A stretch of DNA of 64,000 nt from Bacteroidales bacterium. GTDB taxonomy: Bacteria > Bacteroidota > Bacteroidia > Bacteroidales > F082. The stretch's first letter is position 1; every line of letters begins with the position of its first letter. The stretch lies in NCBI GenBank assembly GCA_021647205.1, contig JAKIVD010000021.1:2977-66976 (forward strand), read 5' to 3'. Shown here piece after piece: positions 62,515 through 64,000 of this stretch. A model generated the notes under the pieces. That model was given only the letters and a program-made list of their open reading frames with translations. It had not been told where the DNA came from and ran no database searches. Both the position numbers and the translations under genes were made by a program.

Positions 62515-64000
62515 TTAATTTCTTAAAATTTTTCCTTTTGTAATGATGCTCTGAATCCTTTCGAGGGTTTTGCGCTGGGTGCACAATTCCATAAAGGTTT
62601 TCCTTTCGAGGTCCAGCAGGTATTGTTCCGAAACTTCCGTCAGGGCTTGTGAAATTTCTCCTCCGGCCAAAACAACACCCAGTTTTTCAGCAATCAGTTT
62701 ATCGTGTTCCGACATATAATTTCCGACTGTAAAACCATCGGCACCCACGTAAACCGCTCCGAGTGCTTCTTTGCCAAGCACTTTGATGTCGTTGCGTGGT
62801 GCAGGCTGGGTATATCCTTTTTCAACCATGTTCAAAGCCGCTTTTTTGGCATAGGCCAGATGGTGTGCACGGCTCACGATGACTTCGTCAATACCTGTTC
62901 GCAGGTATCCCAAATCAAATGCTTCATAAGCCGACATCGACACTTTGGCCTGTCCGATACTGAGGTAACGGTTCAGGAAAGCATTGGTGCGGATGTCCCC
63001 TTCTTTTAATTCATCCGACAGGCGGACGGCAAATTCTTTGGTGCCACCGCCACCGGGGATGAGTCCGACACCAAATTCAACAAGTCCCATATAGGTTTCG
63101 GCATGGGCGATTACTTTGTCGCTGTGCAGGCAGAGCTCGCAGCCGCCACCCAGGGCCATCCCGTGCGGGGCGGCAATCACCGGAATGGAGGAATAGCGCA
63201 TGCGCATCATGGTTTTCTGGAACCACTGCACGGCCATATCCAACTCTTCCCATTCCTGCTCGATGGCCAGCATATAAATCATGCCCACATTGGCACCTGC
63301 CGAAAAATGTTCCCCTTCGTTGGAAACCACTACGGCTTTGTAATCGGCTTCGGCCATGTCGATGGCTTTGTTGAGGCCTTCAAGTACACCGGCACCGATG
63401 GTGTTCATTTTGGTGTGGAATTCTACATTGATGACACCATCGCCCAGGTCAAAAATAGTGATGTCAGTATTTTCCCAGAGGACATTGCTTTCACGCAATA
63501 CTTCCAGCGAAAGCCGGTCTTCCTGTCCGGGAATGACTTTGTAGGATTTGCTGGCGATGTCGTAATAATTTTTGAAACCGTGTTCTACCTTATAAAAAGA
63601 GGTAATACCCGCTTCCAACATGTCGTAAACCCATTGTGCCGGTTTCTTGCCTGCTTCTTCCATGGCTTTTACCGTGGCTTCAACACCCACGGCATCCCAG
63701 GTTTGGAAAGGGCCGAGTTTCCAGCCAAAACCGGCATTCAGCGCGTCATCTACTTTGTAAATATCACTGGTGATTTCAGGAATCCGGTTGGATACAAACT
63801 GGAAAAGGGCGTAAAATGTGGAACGGTAGAAATCGCCCACTTTGCCTTTGTCAGCAAATAAAACAGGCATGCGCTCCCGCAGGTCATCTATCCCTTTGGT
63901 TTTTTCAAACACCCCGAATTTGGGCCGGGGGGCTTCTACATATTCCATGGTTTTAAAGTCGAGGGAAAGGAATTTCTTCTTGCCGTCTTCGACTACTTTC
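62515..64000 (-). CDS. Partial CDS: bifunctional 3-hydroxyacyl-CoA dehydrogenase / enoyl-CoA hydratase (FadB/FadJ-like). The N-terminus lies beyond the window end.
   Basis: The crotonase motifs are HFSAGANV and PHGMALGGGCELCLH..GLVEFGVGLIPGGGGT. The reading frame stays open upstream of the track's Met (KVVEDGKKKFLSLDFKT-MEY) to position 64000. Confidence 0.85.
   Translation of the reverse strand, partial: KVVEDGKKKFLSLDFKTMEYVEAPRPKFGVFEKTKGIDDLRERMPVLFADKGKVGDFYRSTFYALFQFVSNRIPEITSDIYKVDDALNAGFGWKLGPFQTWDAVGVEATVKAMEEAGKKPAQWVYDMLEAGITSFYKVEHGFKNYYDIASKSYKVIPGQEDRLSLEVLRESNVLWENTDITIFDLGDGVINVEFHTKMNTIGAGVLEGLNKAIDMAEADYKAVVVSNEGEHFSAGANVGMIYMLAIEQEWEELDMAVQWFQKTMMRMRYSSIPVIAAPHGMALGGGCELCLHSDKVIAHAETYMGLVEFGVGLIPGGGGTKEFAVRLSDELKEGDIRTNAFLNRYLSIGQAKVSMSAYEAFDLGYLRTGIDEVIVSRAHHLAYAKKAALNMVEKGYTQPAPRNDIKVLGKEALGAVYVGADGFTVGNYMSEHDKLIAEKLGVVLAGGEISQALTEVSEQYLLDLERKTFMELCTQRKTLERIQSIITKGKILRN

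Noticed and set aside
1-64000. A search by eye for rRNA, tRNA, CRISPR arrays, transposases, integrases, reverse transcriptases and toxin-antitoxin pairs.
   Set aside because: None was recognised in any ORF or in the longer intergenic regions (25298..25603, 29231..29646, 34014..34285, 43724..44105, 50586..50957, 52176..52527). Small structured RNAs cannot be excluded without covariance-model searches.

Overview
This is a Bacteroidota-type chromosomal window. The evidence is six proteins with T9SS C-terminal sorting domains, a gldE-gldD pair, a PorU-like C25 sortase, TAnnTTTG -7 promoter motifs, and A|Q signal-peptide cleavage sites. I support about 50 protein genes.

Gene content by region:
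- 1..3.9 kb: a visibly AT-rich accessory island. Sampled lines are about 30-35% G+C, against about 50-57% just after 3.95 kb. It holds a small membrane protein, two tandem paralogs that share a winged-helix (HARE-HTH-like) N-domain (one fused to a GIY-YIG nuclease), and a divergent AAA+ (DUF4143) ATPase plus WYL regulator.
- 4..10 kb: a DUF1214-like / sulfotransferase / SCP2 operon, an acyl-CoA dehydrogenase, a FabK-like reductase and ElbB.
- 10.2..14.5 kb: an ECF sigma / anti-sigma / adhesin-like / beta-barrel operon.
- 15..51 kb: a region dense in T9SS cargo and machinery. It contains an Omp28-like CxxC protein, two full-length S8 protease paralogs 25 kb apart, a 1208-aa S8 protease with an internal module duplication, gldE-gldD followed by an M14 carboxypeptidase, a glutaminyl-cyclase-like M28 lipoprotein, a PorT-like barrel, Lnt and PorU. 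Housekeeping genes (hflX, trpS, a PPi-type pfk) and one short-chain beta-oxidation set are interspersed.
- 52.5..64 kb: a long beta-oxidation operon (fadB-like, thiolase, ACAD, DUF4442, acyl-CoA ligase). It ends in a membrane HdrD/NarI-like Fe-S oxidoreductase tightly coupled to an octaheme cytochrome c-TPR lipoprotein.

Other elements:
- Several families of palindromic intergenic elements.
- Two decayed four-helix-bundle (23S-IVS-protein type) cassettes.
- Three gene relics.

Not found: rRNA, tRNA, CRISPR array, transposase or integrase.

Limits: all functional calls come from motif recognition by eye. No database search was run.
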